Shown here: in pieces, positions 37,236 to 48,138 of the stretch
Position numbering within the stretch: position 1 is the first letter of the stretch
How the letters are laid out: each line of letters begins with the position of its first letter
Source of the DNA: Hyaloraphidium curvatum SAG 235-1
Lineage: Eukaryota > Fungi > Monoblepharomycota
Assembly (NCBI GenBank): GCA_025558095.1
Contig: JAIVFI010000004.1
Location: forward strand, 496,001-560,000
Direction: 5' to 3'
DNA: 64,000 nt
Made by a program: the position numbers and the translations under genes
The notes under the pieces: model-generated
Seen by the model: only the letters and a program-made list of their open reading frames with translations
Told to the model about the DNA's origin: nothing
Database searches by the model: none

Positions 37236-37980
37236 AAGGAAACGACAACGGCCGATATGAAACAGCTATTCAGCCGTACGAATCATGAGTAGGCTCGAAG
37301 AAATGTGGTCAGTTTGCTGACGCCGGCATCTGCGCAAAGTTATTCCCGCCAAGATCCCCAACCTGTAGGACAATTGCTGCAAAACCAAATGCCCAAAGCA
37401 AGAATCCAGTAGGAACAAACATTTGACGTCTTTCAGTCAATCACCGAACGCTCCACGACGGCATCTAATTCGGCCAGGCTGTTTGCCGACAGAACCAGGA
37501 GCACGAAACCGATGCAAGGGAAACGAAACCGGCCGACTTGAAACAGCAATACGAGCTTGCGAAATGGAAGTCGGCGGAAGGGCTTCGGCGAGCAGGCTGT
37601 CCTTTACATCTGCGCAAAGTTTGACCAGTTCCGGTGCCTGCCACGCAAGCGTGTCGCAGAAGGTCCAAGTGCCCAAACCAAGTATCCAGCAAAAGTAACG
37701 AACCTCTTGGCACGCATTCGATGTCGTGCGGCTCCTCGATAACGGCTCTACAAGGACCTGCGGCCTGTCGGAATGCTCGTTGCCGACGGATCTGGAACCA
37801 CGAGCCCGACGCAAAGGAAACGGCACCGGCCGATTGGAGACAGGTGTACAATAGTGCGGATATGCAACGAGCGGAATAGCTCCGGCGAGCAGGCTGTTCG
37901 CTACATCTGCGCAAAGTTCAGGCGCCAGCGGACTAGCAAGTCCAGGCGTTCGAAAACCGCCCAACGAGCCATCGGAGCGT
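37236..37980. repeat. Degenerate three-unit tandem repeat, period ~280-297 bp, in a lower-GC intergenic region
   Basis: The exact 15-mer CATCTGCGCAAAGTT occurs at 37327, 37607 and 37904. Each copy lies exactly 91 bp after a conserved AA(A/G)GGAAACG..CGGCCGA..TG.AACAG-like block (37236, 37516, 37813). Confidence 0.85.
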
Positions 37981-38399
37981 TGAAAAATGCTTGCCGCGCT
38001 ATGTACTGGCTCGGCAGACGATTGAATGTTGCCCCGCCGGAAAGAGAACGCGGTCTCGCCCAACGAGGAAACTCGACGTCCCAGCTCACTGAACGCGCCC
38101 AAAACCACCCCGAGTACGTGTAGATGACCTCAAGTGATCCAATTTAACGGCAAGATGGCCGAAGGGAAGGGAGGTAGGTCGTACGGGCGTCCGTGCCGTC
38201 CACGACCGCGTCCCGGATGGGTGTGCCAATCCCGTCGAATCCCGGGCCGGCGCCATCGCCTTCCACTCGTTCATTCGACATGGCAACTTCCGTTCCATAA
38301 CCAGCATCGTACCAGCGCCAATAGATTTGAGCGGTCGGACACCTCGACGCGTCTGTTTGGCATCGCGACGACACGTCACGAACGCCGCGGAAAACGATC

Positions 38400-39182
38400 A
38401 CAGCCGACTCGCTCGTGGCGGGCGAGGTCTCCACCGCGTGCCTCGCCGACTCGTTGCCCCGGATCCCGAAGGTGCGGAGGCTGCACGTGCCGGCCTTCGC
38501 CAACGGCGTTGCCCGCGCCCGCGCGTTCTACGGCGCCGTCGGAATGCCGGACAAGCTCCCCATGACGCGCTTCCGCGAGGCGGTCCTCGCCGTCCGAGGT
38601 GTTCTGGTCTGCAGGCCGTCGTCGTGCGGCAAGGCCAAGAACGTGTGGGTCTTTCCTGTCCACTCGGGAGCGCCGCCTTGGCTCACAAAGCACGGCCTGC
38701 AAGGAAGCCGCGACGTGCTCGTACGTCTGCTTCCTCGGGTTCTCGAAAGACTGCGGCCTCGACGCGCCGCCCCGGTGTGGGCGGAACGGGTGCCCCCGCC
38801 TTGTCAACCTCGCCGATCCGCTGGGATGCTTGTGCTCCTGGTGCGCCACGAACGGCGACCTGGCGCCCGGGAAAGAAGGGGGGGGGGGGAGGGAGGAAAG
38901 GAGAAGGGGGGGGACGACCTGATCCCCTACTTCTGCTCGCGCGAGTGCCGCATCCTGTACTCGATCGTCGAGAACGTGCGCCTGCTCACGTGCACGCGGG
39001 GCTGCGGCCAGATGATCTCCCGCGTGCACGGGTCGATCATGCACTGCGGCGGCAGCAAGTGCCGCCAGCGGCTGACGGCCGGCTCGTACCTGGATAACGT
39101 CAGGAGCTGGCCCCAGCTCGCCCATCTGTACCCCGAGCTCAAGTTCGACGAGATCGCCGCGGCGGAGGGCGATGAGGAGTGA
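38400..39182 (+). pseudogene. Truncated, frameshifted copy of the 3' part of cassette gene A
   Basis: AGEVSTACLAD, FRE.V..VRG..VCRPSSCGK.K and EAATCSY.CF..F...CG...PPRC align to gene A in shifting frames. The last ~230 nt are near-identical to 28655-28882 (IVENVRLLTCTRGCGQMISRVHGSIMHCGG.KCRQRLTAG.YLDNVRSWPQLA.LYPEL...EGDEE*). A G-rich tract lies at 38878-38913. Confidence 0.85.
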
Positions 39183-39475
39183 AGAGGCGGCGGCGATCGG
39201 TTTGGAGCCAGCGAAAGAAGCGGCTGTCATGTCGGGCACACGGCCTCCGATGCCGATCAGCGCACCTGCACGTGCGCCGGTTCCGGTGGGTGCCTGGCGT
39301 GCGGGGGCATCCTCGCTCGCTCGGTCGTACGGGGCACCAAGCGCACGCGCGCCGAGGCGGGTCTGCCGTGACGGCTGAAGCGGTGGGCCGGACGCTACGA
39401 AATTAGTCGTGTAATCGAAGCCGTGATCGCTGGCATCTCCATTATCCCGGGCGTGAAGCAGGTCGCTGTGGAAAG

Positions 39476-40114
39476 ATGAGTCGCCGGGAAAGCCCGGTAA
39501 CAGCCCAGGAGTCGACAGTCCACCCAACCATGACCGTTCCCACGCCGCCGCCCCGTCGGCCCGTCACGGCCGAAACTGTCCGACAAAAGCTAGCCAGGAA
39601 CAGCCTGAGCGGGCTCGCGGAACGCTTGCCGGACAAGGACGAAGAGTACGACCATCTCACGGGCTACGGCTACGTCCATGGGGACAGGAAGCTCGACTAC
39701 GACTTTCCAAGCATCGGGACCGTCGCCGAGGTCGACCGGGAGGCAGAGGAGGAAGACCCGGCCAAGTGGTCGCTGCGTCGCCTGCACATCGCGCCCGGCC
39801 CCTGGGGTCACGCCGTCTCCCGCAAGCTGGCCTTCTTTGCCATCGCTCTGCATGTCGGTGATCCCGGCGCTTGGGTGCCGCGCCGAGGCGCCTACCTACG
39901 CTCGTCGGATCAGCCGCCCGACCCGATCGCCACGGGCCCGATCCCGGTCCAAGAGCTCCTGTGGGAAGCGAGGCTGCCGCAAGGTAGCGCTCTCTGGCGG
40001 AGTGAAGGCCGCCTCCGCACTTCGATCGTAGGCACGCTGGTGCGCCTCACGGACGAGTCGGCGGAAGCCGCAGGGGGGCAGAAACGCACGCGCACCGAGG
40101 CGGGTCTGCCGTGA
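39476..40114 (+). pseudogene. Internally deleted, 3'-truncated copy of cassette gene B (212-aa open ORF lacking both recombinase-like domains)
   Basis: RRPVTAETVRQKLARNSLSGLAERLPDKDEE matches the gene B N-terminus RRAVTGERVRQMLLDNLTPLARKLVDEDEE. It is joined directly to GY...DYDFPSIGTVAEV...W..RR.H..PG.WG..VS.KLA.F..ALH.G..G.WVP, which matches gene B exon 2. Confidence 0.8.
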
Positions 40115-40280
40115 ATCCCGATGCGGACGGCCGGACTTTGGACATCGATGCATTGTTCGAGGCAGTGATCGCTGATAACGGAGATCTGGGGGGCCGAGGA
40201 CGCGCCATTGCCTGGCTGGACAGGACGCCAAACCACCACCCGAGGCAGGCTTCTGAGGTCCGACCGGCCGAGCCCCGGCC

Positions 40281-42497
40281 ATGGGCGACGCGGGCGAGCC
40301 GGCGGCCAAGCGGCGGCGGCGCGGAGGGGCGCCGCGCGACGGCGGGGGCGGCGCGGCGGCGGGCGGGCCGGCGGGCGGCGAGGCGGGCGGCGGCGCGGCG
40401 GGCGAGCTCGCGGCGCTGCGTGCCGAGCGCGACGCGCTGCGGGCGCACGTGCGGTCGCTCGAGGAGCAGCTCGCCGAGGCCGCCGGCCAGACGCAGCGCG
40501 CAACAACGCTGCTCAACACGATGCCCGTCGTGCTCGTCGAGACGGCGCTCAACGGCGACGTGCTCTTCATCTCGAAGCACTGGGAGAAGATGATGGCCAT
40601 CTCCGACTCGGCCGTCGCCCTGGGCAGGGGCTTCCTCGGCTACATCCACGAGGAGGACAGGGACGCCGTGCTGGCGCGCTTCCAGGCCTTCCTCGACTCG
40701 GGCGAGCCGTACGGCCACTTCGGCGTCTGGCGCCAGTGGAAGGCCGGCCGCAAGGAGTGCATCTACATCGAGGGCTCCGGCGTGATCAACAAGGGCCCGG
40801 ACGGGAGCCCCACAGGGTACCTGTGCACGCTCGTGGACGTCACCGCCATCAAGCAGGCCGAGTTGCGGGTCAACCAGGCCCTTGTGGAGGCGCAGGCCGC
40901 CAACGTCGCCAAGGCCGTCTTCACGGCCAACGTCGTAAGTGACTTTTGGCCGCCTCGGGAGCTCGAGAGGCTCACTTTCCGCCTGCTTTTCAGAGCCACG
41001 AAATCCGGACGCCGCTACACGGCGTGCTCGGCTTTCTGCAGCTGCTCGAGGACACCCCGCTTACAGAGGAGCAAAGCGGTCTCGTTGCCGCGATTCGCGA
41101 CTGCTCCGAGGGCCTGAACGCCTTGGTCTCTGATGTGCTGGACTTGGCCAAAGTGGGTCGCTCTGGGCTGGCCACGGTTGCCCTCGCTCACCGCACCCGT
41201 TCGCGCAGATCGACGCGGGACAGCAGTCCGTCGTCGAGTCGCCCTTCGACTTCCACGGCTGGCTGTGGAGCCTGCTGTACGTCTGGGGCGTCAAGGCCGC
41301 GCAGAAGAACATCACGATCCGGCTGGACATCGGCGGCACCTCCCTCCCCACGGACCAGCTCCTCGACCTCCCGGGTCCCCCGCCGCAATCGCGGTACGCC
41401 CCCAGCTCGCCGCAGCTGGCGGGCCCCGCGCTCAACGGGCACCCCCCCGGCGGCGCGGGCCGCTCGCCGTCGCCGCTCCCCGGCGCAAAATGCCTGCGGC
41501 ACCCCGGAATGCGGTCCCTCCCCGCGATCCTCAAGGGCGACGACGCCAAGCTCAAGCAGATCGTGGGCAACTTCCTCGCCAACGCGCTCAAGTTCACCGA
41601 GCCCGGCGGCGCCGTCACGCTCGCCATCGCCTTGGACCCGCTGCACCCCGCCCGCGGCCCGCGCGCCGATGTGCTCCGCGTGGCCGTCTCGGACACGGGC
41701 TGCGGCATCCCCTCCGACTCGGAGGCGCAGTCCAAGCTCTTCCGCGCCTTTTCGCAGCTCGACACGGGGATCCAGCGCCGCTTCGGCGGCACCGGGCTCG
41801 GGCTGGCCATCTCCAAGAGCCTGGCCGAGCTCATGGGGGGCGAGATCGGGTTCGAGAGCGACGGCGTGGGCCGCGGCTCGCGGTTCTGGGTCTCGGTGCC
41901 GGTGGAGCGCGGCGACGAGGCCGGGGAGGTGCACGGCGCGCCCAAGCCGCGCGAGGCGCCCGCCGGGTCGCTCAAGGAGTTTGCCGGCCTGGCCGCGGAG
42001 CACCCGACGCGGATCCTGGTGGCGGAGGACAACGCGCTGAACCAGCAGCTGCTCCTCAGGCTGCTTACGAAGCTCGGGTACGATCCCGAGGCCGACGTGG
42101 TGGTCGCGAGCAACGGGCAGGAGGCGCTGCAGCGGTTCGTCGCCGTGAACGGGCTGATTTCCCAGGCCAGCCAGTCGCACAACGCGCTGGGGCCGGGGAG
42201 CCCGAGGCCGTTCAAGCTGATCCTGTGGGTCGCCGATCGCGCTTCCTCGCCGTCTTTTGCGCTGACCCATCGTCATCCAGCATGGACCTTTCTATGCCGA
42301 TCCTGGACGGGATCGAGTGCACGCGCCTCATCCGGCAGCTCCCCCTCGCCCCGCACTGTGTCCCGCGGATCGTGGCGCTGACGGCCAACGTGCAGTCGAC
42401 GGACCGGGAAAAGTGCACCGAGGCGGGGATGGACGGGTTCCTGGGCAAGCCGCTGCGGGTCGGGGACCTGGTCGAGACGATCAAGAGCATGGGCTAG
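40281..42497 (+). CDS. Hybrid histidine kinase (coiled coil-PAS-HisKA-HATPase_c-REC), multi-exon
   Basis: PAS: IHEEDRD. H-box: FTANV-SHEIRTPLHGVLG. N-box: NFLANALKFT. G1: VSDTGCGI. G2: FGGTGLGLAIS. Receiver: ILVAEDN...LIL-MDLSMP..DG...ALTAN...GMDGFLGKP. Confidence 0.92.
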
Positions 42498-42678
42498 GGG
42501 TGCGCGGGGGATCGGAGGGCCGCTGCGGCATGGTCGGAAGCACGGGGACGGCTGCGTATGTAACCGGCATAGACCGGGACGAGGCGAAAAAGGAGTTGCG
42601 CGATGATCTGCGGCGGTTCGGGCGCGGGCGTTGGAACTCTGACTCGACAACGAACAATCAAACTATCCTCGTGGAGCG

Positions 42679-43127
42679 ATGCAGGCCGCCGGCGGGCCCG
42701 AGAAAGACGGTCTGCCGGCGGCGTACCCCGCGTACCCGGCACACCCTACGCAGCCCGCGCCGGCCGCCTACGGCCCCGGGCAGTGGAACTCCGTGCCTCC
42801 CCCGGTACGCCCTTTCGCGCCAATTGGAGAACGAATCTGAGCGGATCGCCGCAGACGTGCTATCACAACTTTGTCGCCGAGCCCGCGCAACCCGTGGTGG
42901 ACGCGAAGGGGAAGGTGTGGGGACTAGGACGTTGTACGCGTGGGTGCAGCCCGCGATTCCGCGTTCGCAAGGCCACAAGGCCACAAGGCCTCCTGACGCG
43001 CCGCTTCGCAGTCTGCTGCTGCTACACCGTCAACGTGAAGGTTCCGGCGCCTACGGTGCGGCGATGTACGGCGTGCGGGCTGCGCGTGGACGCCGAGGGC
43101 CGGGTGCTTCCTCCGCAAGCCCCGTAA
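42679..43127 (+). CDS. Small Pro/Tyr-rich, Cys-rich protein (BRI3/LITAF-like architecture), 3 exons
   Basis: ATG 42679 gives MQAAGGPEKDGLPAAYPAYPAHPTQPAPAAYGPGQWNSVPPP, then a GTACGC..CAG intron, then TCYHNF..., a second intron, and CCCYTVNVKVPAPTVRRCTACGLRV...*. Confidence 0.5.
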
Positions 43128-43269
43128 GGCCGAGGGCCCGATGCCACAGGAAGGATGGATCTGCTTATTCAGCTACCTCGTTTTGCGTTGACGTATTGAA
43201 TGATGACCTCTGTCTTTCTCCGGGCCTGATGAGCGAGAATGGGACCGCAAGACCACAGCGTGCCTCCAA

Positions 43270-44947
43270 ATGTCCCTCCAGGTGAACGCGGCGGACGCGC
43301 GCGGGCGGCCGCGCTCCCCCGCTCTCGGCGGCGGCCGCTCGCCGTCGCGGCCGCCGACGCCGTTTTCCGCGCTCGCGGCGCCCGACGCGGCGGTGTGCGC
43401 GCGGGTGCCCGAGGTCGTCCCGCGCTTCTTCGCCGCGTCGCCCGCGTCGCGCACGTCGTTCCGCCAATCCGCCGATCTCGATCGCAGCCGCGCCGACGAC
43501 GGCTGGGACGTGGCGGAGGACTGGGGCGACTTCGAGACGTCGACGTCGAGCCTCCCGCAGGCCGCGTCGGCCTCGCAGCCCGCGCTGCCGCACTCGATGT
43601 CCGTGCTCTCGCACGATATGCAGCACCTCGCGCTGGCGTCGTCGCGGCGCTTCCTGATTCTGAAGCTGGCGGCCACGGACCGCCCGCTGCGGGATCCGGA
43701 CCCCGCGCGCGAGTTTACCGTGGTCGGGCAGGGCTCGGGCTGCGAGGAGGGCGAGAGCATCACTTGCATCTGCCCACTGGCTGTTTACAGGCGGTCTGGC
43801 AACAAGAGCAGGTGGGTTTGCGTGGTTTCGATGCCTTGAAGGCACCTCATTCAGAGCCGACCTTCCTTCAAGGCCGGGAATCGTGCAGTTCTTCCTGGCC
43901 GTCGGCTACAGCTCTGGTTTTCTCCGCATTTTCTCCGAGCGCGGCGAGTCCCTCCTTTCCCAGCCTCTGCACAAGCGCCCGCTCGTCCGCATCTCGGTGC
44001 GGTACCTCGCCCGCCCGGCACTGGACGACCAGGAGGAGCTCCTTGCCCTCTTTGAAGACCGCCGAGCCGCGGTCATCGACGGCCTTTCCCTGTGGTCCGC
44101 GCTGCGCATGGGGAGCGAGGACCAGGAGGTCCCCGTCGTCGGCTTCCGCAAGATCGCCCTCGCGGGCCAGGAAGCCGTCCTCGATGCCGTCAGCTGCGGC
44201 CCCTCCCCCAACACCTTTGCCCCCGGCCTCCCCACGGCCCCCGCCCCGCCCTTCACCGCGCGCTACCTGGCCGTCGGAACCCGCCCCATGCTGGCCTACT
44301 ACTGCACCTCGGACCGCGCCGGCTTCTCGCTCACCAACGTGGCCAACAGGGTCACGTCGGCGCTGGGCTCGCTCGCGTCGTCGTGGTTCCGCAAGGAGGA
44401 GCGCAAGCCCGAGGACCCCGCTGCCGAGCTGGCCGCGCAGCCGGCGGCGTCCGTTCCCTGCGCGCTGTTCTTGGCGGACCCGGCGCGCAGGCTGGCGGCG
44501 GCGGTGCCGGCCCCGACGGGCGGGCTGGCGGCGCTGACGGACAACCTGGGGCGCGTGATGCTCCTGGACGTGGACGAGGGCGAGATCGTTCGGATGTGGA
44601 AGGGGAGCAGGGGCGCGCAGGTGGGGTGGCTCGAGGTGCCCATGGATGCGGCCGGCAAGGGGGGGAGGGCGTCGCCCGCGCCGTCGCCGGGCGGCAAGAC
44701 GCGGACGGCGCTGGTGCTGGCGATTTACCTTCCTAGGGGGGTGCTGGAAATCTGGCGGATGCGGCACGGGGGCCGCGTCGCGCAGCTGGCCGTGCCGCCC
44801 GGCATGCGGCTCGTCCCTTCGGCGCACGGGACCCTGGGCGGCGCCGTGAACGGGTACAAGCGGACAGAGAACCCGGCCGGGTGCGTGCTCCTGGGGGCGA
44901 GCGGGGAGGTCAGGGTCGTGCGGGTGCCCCCATCGTTCTTGGCGTGA
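43270..44947 (+). CDS. RAB3GAP2: Rab3 GTPase-activating protein non-catalytic subunit, N-terminal domain protein
   Basis: LAVGYSSGFLRIFSERGESLLSQPLH, LADPARR...P.GGLAALTDNLGRVMLLD..EGEIVRMWKG.R.AQVGWL and LAIYLPRGVLEIWRM..G.RV. One intron at ~43812-43870. Confidence 0.82.
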
Positions 44948-45061
44948 GGTGATTCGAGGTTGATTGATCGAGCGTGGTATCGTACAAATTGACAAGCTGC
45001 GGCACGGAACCAATAGAACGAGATGGGTATCGCAGAACTCCTCGGGCCCGCAACCATCCCT

Positions 45062-46620
45062 TCAACCCTCCTGCAAGGCCAAGACAGTGTCAGCGAAAGA
45101 AACGGTACACGTTCGTCTCGAAACGAACCTGGCCAAAGTCCTCCATCCACTTGAGCTGCCTCTCCACGTCCTCCTTCCCCACCGACTTTTTCGTGCTGCT
45201 CAGCGCCCAGATGAAATCCCTGAACGTGACCATCGGCACCGCCAGCTCCGCGTCCAGCGGGATCTGCGTCCACGTCATCTCGAACCCCTCGGGGTCCGCC
45301 GGCGAGCACGGCATCACGTGCCGCGTGACCTCGCCCGTCTTGCGGGAGGCCTGCACGACGTGCTTGAAGTGCGTGGCGTACTGCACCTTGCGCACGGGCT
45401 CGAAGAGGGCGTCGCGGACGACGGCGGTGATGTCGGAGCCCGACATGCTGCGGCGGACCGGGGTGAGGAACCGGACCATCCTCCGCCCGACACCGCGGCC
45501 CACCCCTCGGTCATGTCCCCCAGCTTGTCGTAGTCCGCCTCGCCCATTTCCACGGGCGTGTCCCCGATGTGTATCCTCAGCATCTGCACCCTGGCCTCCT
45601 TGTCCGGCAGCGGGATGTAGATCCTCCGCTCGAACCGCCTCCGGAGCGCCGGATCCAGCGCCCAGGGGGTGTTGGTCGCCCCCAGGACGAGGATGCCGCG
45701 GGTGTCGTTGCCGACGCCCTGCATCTGCACGAGGAACTCGGTCTTTATGCGGCGCGAGGCCTCGGATTCGCCCTCGCCGCGCGCGCCGCAGAGGGAGTCG
45801 ATCTCGTCGACGAAGATGATGGCGGGGCGGAGCTCGCGGGCCATGGAGAAGAGCTGCTTGACCAGCCTGTGGGTCGACAGAACGGCCATTGAGTTGGACG
45901 GCTTTCGACCAACTGCAGCCGCCTCGACACCCACCGCTCGGACTCGCCCATCCACTTGCTGACCAGGTCCGAGGAGGAAACGCTGAGGAAGGTAGAGTCC
46001 GCCTCGGTCGCGACGGCCTTGGCCAGGTAGGTCTTTCCGGTGCCCGGCGGGCCGAACAGCAGGATGCCCTTCCACGGCGACCGCTTGCCCGTGAACAGGT
46101 TCGGGAACTTGATCGGCAGGATCACGGCCTCCTTGAGCGCGGCCTTGGCGGCCTCGAGGCCGGCGACGTCGGACCACCGCACGTTGGGCTTGTCGGTCAG
46201 GATGGCGCCGGCCAGGGCGCCCTTGAGCTTCTTGCTGTCCTCGTCCTCCTTCTTGTCGTCGTCCCCGCCCGAATCGTCGTCCCCGCCTCCGCCTCCCTTC
46301 TTTGCCTTCCCGTTGGATTTGCTCCCCGCGGCCTCCTTCTTTGCGATGTGGTTCTTGAGCTTCTCCGCGCGCTCCAGGTACTCCGTGACCTTGCGCTTGA
46401 TCTGCTCCTTTGTGGGCGCGTTCTTCTCGTACTTTATGGCCAGCATGAAGATGTCCAGCGACTGCTGGTACAGCCTGTATGCGTCCTCGTAGTTGCCGCG
46501 GGCATCCTGCTCGGCGGCCTGGTTGACGATGGGGATCGCGCGCTGCGGGGGCGTCAGCGGGGGCGTCGGCGGGGGCGTAGGCGGTGGCGCGGACCGCACC
46601 TCGAGGAAGCTGTTGGACAT
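45062..46620 (-). CDS. VPS4: AAA ATPase Vps4 (MIT + AAA + Vps4_C), multi-exon
   Basis: MIT: [10 protein letters not shown]...[10 protein letters not shown]. Core: [67 protein letters not shown]. The last exon is EG*. Confidence 0.96.
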
Positions 46621-46754
46621 GGCGGCGGGCAGCGCTCCGCCGGAGAGTGTTGCGCGGCGCGGCGGGCGACGCGTCACGCGCCGCATCAGATCGCGCACAC
46701 CGACCCCCGGAAGGCGGCCATCGGTCCTCGTCGCGATATTGGGAATCTGCTCCG

Positions 46755-47778
46755 ATGGCGCACATCGACTTTGATGCCGCGCCGTCCGCGCGGCCCGCGG
46801 TCTCCGCGCCCGGTCCGCGCCGCGCCGCCCGCCCGCTCGGGCCGCCGCCGCCGCTGTCGGCGTTCCACCTCGCAGACGACTGCTCCGCTTCGGTGCTCCG
46901 CCGGACCGGCTGTCTGGGCACGAACCAGAGGCTGCTGGAACACGCGGAGCTCCATTCTTTCGGGCAGGCCGGGACCAGGCCCCTCCAGCTGCTGCCCTGG
47001 GCGGTCTGCAAAGGGATGGGAGGGCCGCAGCTGACACACGACTTCGGCTACTGGAAGCTCGACGTCGGCACCCGCAGGCAGCGCAACGCGCGGTACCACG
47101 CCCTGTGCATGGCCGAGATGGACTGGGTCTTCTCCATCCCTCTCCCAGCCCTGGTGGAGGCGCTCGACCACGTCGCAAAAAGGGGCTGGCGCTCCTCGGC
47201 CCAATCGATCGCGGACCTGCGCGGCCTGCGGGACTACGTCCCTCCGAAACCCTTTTCCGTGGTCGTCGGCACGGACTTCCCCGGCGTCCCGCGCGTCGAG
47301 ACCAAGTACGCGGCCTCGATCGAGGAGCTCACGCGGTCGATGCCCGGGATGCAGGTCAACCCCATCTGCGTGGGGCGTCCTGCAGCCCCGCACGGAACCG
47401 TGCCACCTCCGCGCGGCCAAGGACCTCCTCCGCGCGGTCGGCGACCTCGCCTCCTCCCGCCGCCGCACGCTCGAGGTCGTCGTGTACGTCGGCGTCCCGC
47501 TGCTCGTGGGGTTCGAGGTGGACAGGCACCGCCGCGCGGACGTCGGCGGGCACGAGGCGCTGGACATGCTCGGGGGGGCGGCGGCGGCGGGCGGGGCCGT
47601 GTGCGCGGTGGAGAGGACGGAGGGGTGCTGCTTCCATGCGGGGTCGCCGGCGGCGGCGGCGGGGATGTACGCTTTCGATCCGGCGGACGGGGGGATGCTC
47701 GCGCTGTCGGCGGACGACAGGTCGAGGATTTGGAGGCTGATGGACGCGGCGTACCACACGCGGGCGGGATCCTCCTGA
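46755..47778 (+). pseudogene. Unknown-family tandem paralogue 1, with one +1 frameshift (real or assembly error)
   Basis: Colinear with the 48139 and 49415 ORFs. An extra G in GTGGGGCGTC (47370-47379) breaks NPICVGVLQPRTEPCHLRAAKDLL; the C-terminus ends DAAYHTRAGSS*. Confidence 0.75.
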
Positions 47779-48138
47779 TGCGGGGCGGATCATGGATGGT
47801 GGCATGCCTGCCGTGCGTCGGCAGCAGAGGAGCCTTGTGGTTGGGGCGCCATTTGGTTGATCTTCTTGATTCGATCCATTCGATGCCATTCTCAGCCTTG
47901 CAGCTGTCGGGATCACGAGCCATTACGGCACAATGGCTCGACATCGTTCAGTCCCGGTCCATTTCGTGGACTTCCTGTAGATCGTCTAGCTTGCGGTTCG
48001 TCTGGGGATGACAATCGAGAGAGGAGTCCGGGCGCGGTCGACGCCAGCAACAACTCTGGGCAAGCGAGCGTCTACCCCCGGTCAAACGGCTCAGCTTCCC
48101 CGTCTGCCGGCACTTCTCCCCTCGAAAACACCTTACCG

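Noticed and set aside
37236-37980. CRISPR-like interpretation of the repeated 15-mer
   Set aside because: The period is ~290 bp, the intervening sequences are homologous to each other, there are no cas genes and the context is eukaryotic.
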